Assembly (NCBI RefSeq): GCF_009914755.1
Contig: NC_060927.1
Source: the human T2T-CHM13v2.0 reference genome, Homo sapiens
Length of the DNA stretch: 64,000 bases
Strand: one strand, 5' to 3'
Shown here: piece by piece, positions 56,130-64,000 of the stretch
Layout: each line of letters begins with the position of its first letter
How positions within the stretch are numbered: the stretch's first letter is position 1
The notes under the pieces: generated by a model
Told to the model about the DNA's origin: nothing
The model's database searches: none
The model's input: the letters and a program-made list of their open reading frames with translations, nothing else
Position numbers and translations under genes: made by a program

Positions 56130-58078
56130 GTAAGACCCTGTCCTGGTTCCTTCAGGGCACTTTGTGTGGGAAGGGCAGCCTTGGGCTCTGGCCGCTGCCC
56201 CAGGTCTCTGCCTGGGGCTGGGGATGCTGGACTGTGGGGCCAGGCCTAGGGTGGCCACCCCAGGCCCTTGGTTTGGGCAGGAGGCTGTGAGAGTGCATCT
56301 TCTCCCAGGCCCAGCTCTTGGGATGGGATGGGTGGGTGGGAGTGGGGTTCCTGTTGTGGGAGGTGCTGGGCCCCCTGGTAGGGCTGCGGTAGTGGTCAAG
56401 GGTCCAGAAGGTGCACATCTTCAGAGCTGGGGGCCCTGAGGAGGGTTCCTGCCTCAGCCCGGTAGGCCCCCACGTGTCCTGGCAGGAAATGCGAAGGGCG
56501 GTCTCTTCTCAGCTGCCCCGGTGGCTGGCCTGTGGCCTAGGAGCCTAGCATGGCCACCTCTGCCAATTTTTCAACAAATGTCAGCCAGAAAGCTGAATTT
56601 TATGTGACATCTTCCCATTTCTAAGTGTCTGCAGCAAATCCTAATCTCACAAGCATGTGTTGTAGAAAGAAGTGAACTCGTGGACAGAGGCGAGGTGGGT
56701 GGGCCATTTGAGCAGGGGCGCTGGCCATGCTGGGCCAGTGGAGGTGGTGGGGCCACACCAGCTGTACCCTCACTCCATGGAGGCCCCTCTCCGAGCTGGT
56801 CAGGCAGCTTCCCATCAGTCCTTCCAGCAGCACCGAGTGCTTACTACTATGTACGCTGTTTCACCAGTGAGGCAACTGGGGCTCGAGGGTGGTGCTGGAG
56901 GCTCAGGTCACACAACCAGTGAGCAGTGGGCCTGGAAGGCCCTGGAGCCTGCACTCCTGACCCTATATCCTCCAAGCCACCTGCCACAGAGTTCAATACA
57001 CTCCATCGGGCACATCAGAGCAGGCAGCCAGGACCAGGGCACCCAGGCTTCAGATAGGGACCGGCCCAAGGCTGTGCAGAGGCTGGTAGGCGGCCCAGGC
57101 CTCTTCTTGCCCATCCATGCCTGCTCCCAGCAGGTCCTCCATAGCCCAGCACAGTCAGACACCCCATTTGAAGACCCCATGAGCTGTGGCGAGAAGGGGA
57201 ATGGTCCGCTGAGCCTACCTAAGAGCCGTCCTCAAAGGGCGCTGCTGCTAAGCAGGGGCCACAGCCCCCACGAGGCTGACCCCTTCCTGCTTACTTTAGG
57301 AGCCTTGAACTCCTGCAGGGGGTGATTCTGTCACAAGAGCTGGGGGCTTGCAGATCCAGAAGCCTGGTCTAGCTTCCATGGGGACCTGGGGTGATGCTCC
57401 TAAGACCCCACGCAGGTTTGAAACCCCCGTGGGCCAACACTGGAGAGGAGAGGCTTCAGGAGTCCTCTAGCAAACAGGTTAATCTGGGTGGATAACCCTG
57501 TGCTGCCACAGCCTAGGGAATCTGGGGGCCTCACAGACCCACAGACATTGGAAAGGCCCAGAGCTCCGTCAGTGTGAGAGGGGACAGCCCCGCACCTGGG
57601 GGGAGCGCCTCAAACACAAATCAGATCATGCCACCTTCTGCCCTATATGGCTCCCTCCGGCCCCTCCCCAGCCTCTTCTCACACCAGTCAGAGCTTCCTT
57701 TCAATCAAGTTCAATTCCCTCTGGCTAAGGGGCCTTTGCACGTGCTGTTTCCCCCGCCTGGAGCACCCCCTTCTCACCACTGCCCACTTATCACCTCATC
57801 CTCTACATTGCAGCTCAAGTGGAAGCTCAAGACTCCCTGCAGGGAGCCTTCCCTGACCCCCAGGAGGAGTCAGATCCCCTGAGTGAGGCTCACCACTTCA
57901 CTCCTCAGCTCGTATCACTGCTCAGAACATCACACCTCTGTGACTGCTGGGGTCTCTATCTCCTCCTCAAAGCCCCAAGCTCCCCAAGGTCAGGGTCTCT
58001 GCTGGGTTTTGTGAACCCTGTACATTCAGCATCTTACCGGCTCCTGTGCACATGCTGGGCACTCAGAAGCCACTGTCA

Positions 58079-58380
<302 letters not shown>

Positions 58381-61199
58381 GGGAACCACTGTGAGAGGTT
58401 GAAGAGCTGAAGAAGGCAGAAGAGAAGCCTGCTTCCACCACTTTCTGCCCCTGTGTCCACAGGCGGTGGCCTGAGCTCCCTGTAGCCCACTCTCCACTCC
58501 TGTAAACTAAGAGGGCTGTTGTGAGGACTACGCGGCTCAGCAATCACAGAGCGCCGAGCACGGTGCCTAACAGAGTCACCGTGTTGAGGGGCGTCTGCAG
58601 TGGACAGCAGCAGTCATTTGAGTTTTAGGGTTTCCCTGTTAGCCAGAGCATCACAGCATTCAGATACTCCTGCCCTGCAGAACCTGCGTGTGTGAGGCCC
58701 TGAGGAAGGGGCCCCTTTCCTGCCATGCATTCCTGGGGCCACAGGCTGTGCTGAGAGGCCTTCTGCAGGTCAGGGGCTGCCCCCAGCTGCTCTGGGAACC
58801 TCCGACCTCCTGAGGGCCGCCCTGCCCGAGGGTTCCTCCGTGTGGCCCTCCATTGTGCCAGCCCTGCGGGAAAAGCCGCCCTCACGAAGCCCCTTGAGTG
58901 ACAACAGACGTCAGACCCCTTCTTCCCAGCCCAGGGAGCCGGGCATGTGGCTTCCATTAGGCCACATCTGGACATGCTCAGAGGCAGGGATGGCCTGGCC
59001 GAGGCAGTCTGGATCCCTGGCAGGGCTCCAGCTCAAAGACAGGACCCCCAGCCCAGCCAGGCCTGGGGCACTGGCTGGAAACCCCTTCTCTAGGCCCCAG
59101 GGCTGCCATGGCAACGCGGCTGGAGGGGTCACTTCTGGCCCCATTACCTCCCTTTCTGCAGGGCCCAGGGCTGAGCAGGGCAAAGCCACCTCCCCAGCTT
59201 CTCCTCACCAAGGGCTGCTCCATCATCTAGATCCCCCAAGGCCTCCCCCAACAACAGCAGCCAGGGGCGCTAGGGTCCAAACCCCACTTCCCCCAAGAGG
59301 CTCAGTTGGGCAGCCCGATCCCCCACCCGCTGGGCTTCCATCTCCCACCCCTCCCATGCTGCGTGCACATGGCCGTGACCAGGGATAAACCTGCCTGTGT
59401 ACATCCCTGTAACGCCCTCCTCCCCCATTAGACTCTAAACGAGGGCGAGGTTGCGTCTGCCTTGCTCACTGTCGCAGCCTTGGCTCAGTGAGGGTGCTCT
59501 GTGAGTATCTGTTGAAGATATCAGCGGGTGGGCTGAGGACAGACGGTGACTAATCATCGTCGCATTTCTAATTGCTCAGCAAGTCCTCAGCTGAGTGTTG
59601 GACACAAATTAGCTCATTTAATCCTCAAAGCAGCCCCATGATGCAGGGACTTCCCTGCTGCTTACAGGTGGAAAAACTGAGGCACAAAACCATAAGCCGC
59701 ATGCTCAGATTCTGTGGGTTGAGCCAGAGCCCATGAATTCGTGATGACAAGTGGGCCATGGGTGGGCAGAAGGGTGAGAGTTGGGGTGCGGCTGTGGATG
59801 TTTATCTGGCCAGGCCTGAGCTTCTGGGTCCCCTTTGAATTCATCCTCTACCCCTGGGTCCTTAAACCTTCCATTCCCTGCACACCAAACGCTGCAGCTG
59901 CCTGTCCCTGCCCTAACTCTGGTCTCTGGGCCTTTGCGTTTGCTGGGTCCCCTGCCAGATCAGCCGTCAGACAAGATAAGGGGGACTCAGTTGGGGGCCT
60001 AACAGCCAGCAGTCCTCATCAAAGCCCACACCTAAAAAATCTATTTGAGAAAGCTCAGGGCAGAGGGGAAAACTGGGGCTCCTGATAACAAAGCTGCTCT
60101 CTAGGATCCCACAGCCCAGACCACAGAGAGGCCTCGGGCATCAAGAGGCAGGACTGGGGGCCAGGGGTGGGGCTGCTTCTATTTCAGAAACCCTGGAAGC
60201 TGCACTGCATGCACCACGCTTCTGAGCCTGGCTGCATGCCCTCCCTGGCACACGTGCACTTCATTACACACTCCACCCACAACATGCATGTTCCGCTCCT
60301 CCCCCATCCCAGCCCACCACCTCCCACCACCAGGTCCCGCCTGTGACCTGGTGCTGCTAGCCACACCTCTTGGACTGTGCTCTGCTGAGAATAGGGAGAT
60401 GGAGCCTACCTCCCCAGCTTGTTGGGAGGATCATATCACAGAAACAAGAGCCGGGCACCCAGGAGGTGCTCGGCAAGGGCGAGTTCTGTGCCCTGCCCAC
60501 CGTAAGCAGGCTGGAAGCAGAGTTGGCAGGGGTGGCAGCCGGTAGGCCTGGAGGAACCCACAGAGACCCCAGTTTCACCCTCATTGCATGTGCATGGGCT
60601 TTGCACATGGTCCATGCCCAGCAAGTGCTGTGGGAGGACTTGGGAGATGGGAAAACAGGATCCAAGCTGGTTAAGAGCCTTGCCCAAGGCCACAGCTATG
60701 GGCAGCAGAATGAGTAGATGGGAACACTGCTGACACTGCAGAGCCCCTCATGCCCCCTCCTTCAGGAAGCCTTCCCAGATATCACACAGGCCTCTCTTCC
60801 TCACAGCCCCCAGTCTGTGAACCAAGTCCATACTGGTTCATCTCTGCCTTCCCAGGGATGCCAGGACATGCTCAGAGCTGACACCTGATGAAGGCTGTAG
60901 AGTAAATGATATGGGATTGAACAAGACACAGGCATCCAACTGTGGGGACAGATCTCTAGAAACCTCAGAAGGGAGACAGGAAGAAAGTAGAGCTGGAGCT
61001 GGGGGAGGGGGATGAGTGAAGGCACAAAGATTCAGGAAGGCTTCCCAGGGGAGGTGCTATCTGAGCTGGCCAGGAACAGTGTAAGCAAATGCTTGGAACA
61101 GAGGGGAGAGAGGTCGGAATGCTCAGGATGGCAGGAGAACTAGGGTGAGGAGGAATTACTGAGAGAAGGGGTGGTCAGGGGGATCCCCCCCCCCGGGTT

Positions 61200-62040
<841 letters not shown>

Positions 62041-62624
62041 CTGGCTAGGAGGAGTGGCAGAGTTGGTACAGGGCCCTCACAAGGAGCTCCCAAAAGGGAA
62101 CACATCCTCTCTGTTGTCAGTACAGAGACCCAGAGCACAGCTGTGCATAGAGGCTCTGCTGGAGAGAATGGGAGCAGGTGGCTGCCCCAGGTCCACAGAG
62201 CTCCGTGGCTGGACAGGTGCCCTGCATTTGCTGCAGTCCCCTCCAGGCCAGCTCCCCAGGTCTCATTGCCACCAGCCCGGGGGCAGCTGGGTTCAGGCCC
62301 TCTGCTCAGGGGCATCTGTCAGAAACAGCAAGTTTCACCCTGTGGCAACCTGGAGATACTCTGCATGGACATCCCATTTCATGGAAGAGAAAACTGTCAT
62401 CTTGGGGCTGTAGCAGGGGGCCCCAGTCTCCCAGTGGAGGAGGAGGGCTTGTGGTTCCCATGGGGGACCTAGAGGTACAAGTGGGTCTGGGTGGCTGGTA
62501 GCTGGGTGCTCCCTGTGTTTGCCTGCCTGGGCAAAATGCGTGCATTTCACAGCCGGACCCAACCCATCTTGAGGGTCTGGGGCCAAGGCTAGGCCTGCGG
62601 TGGGTTTCTTTAATTTTAAAAACT

Positions 62625-63715
<1,091 letters not shown>

Positions 63716-63719
63716 TTGC

Positions 63720-63949
63720 TCTAGAAACTTCTAGAATACGCAAGCACACATCCCATTAGCCTCAAAGTGATGACATCATCACACTGTCATGTAGTCTCCA
63801 GAGAAGTCCACTATACACTGCACTGGGGGAGAGTGTATGAAGAAGGCAACCAATGTCCTAATGTTATGACAAACATAATTTTGACCTTATGGATCCCTGA
63901 AAGGGTCTTGGAGACCCTATAGGGCCAGGACCACACTTGAGAACCACTG
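63720..63949 (-). mobile_element. Charlie1 hAT transposon 5' fragment
   Basis: Reverse complement begins CAGTGGTTCTCAAGTGTGGTCC...GACCCTTTCAGGGATCC...GGTCAAAA. Confidence 0.8.
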
Positions 63950-64000
63950 GTCAGTGCAACTACAAGCATGTAGGTGCGTGCACGTATTTTCACAAGCACT

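Noticed and set aside
56130-56290. C-terminal 53 residues of the 488-aa ORF (GKTLSWFLQG...GRRL)
   Set aside because: Read-through past a consensus donor (AAG|GTAAGA) into intron 2; I saw no nearby AATAAA/ATTAAA to support an intronic polyadenylated isoform.

Overview
This is human (primate) genomic DNA: the 5' part of the fibulin-2 gene (FBLN2, + strand; 3p25 from established knowledge) plus about 33 kb of upstream sequence. The gene parts visible are a CpG-island promoter with non-coding exon 1 (donor after 33662), a 21-kb intron 1, the 1347-nt first coding exon (54783-56129; ATG 54824; signal peptide, Cys-rich Na and Cys-free Nb domains) and the start of intron 2. The rest is dominated by Alu, MIR, L2, L1M, MaLR/ERVL/ERV1 LTRs and hAT/Tigger DNA-transposon fossils. 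Repeat family names come from recalled consensus sequences and their boundaries are approximate. Nearly all ORFs in the supplied track are spurious. There is no prokaryotic-type system, CRISPR array or RNA gene. The best candidate for something undescribed is exon 2. It is exactly 449 codons long, its 41-nt leader is stop-free in the coding frame, and it is bracketed by oppositely oriented Alus. A back-spliced exon-2 circRNA would therefore carry an endless ORF whose junction (RSSPE-G-SYRRGDRP) creates an RGD motif. This is arithmetic on the sequence plus inference; it has not been shown to be expressed.
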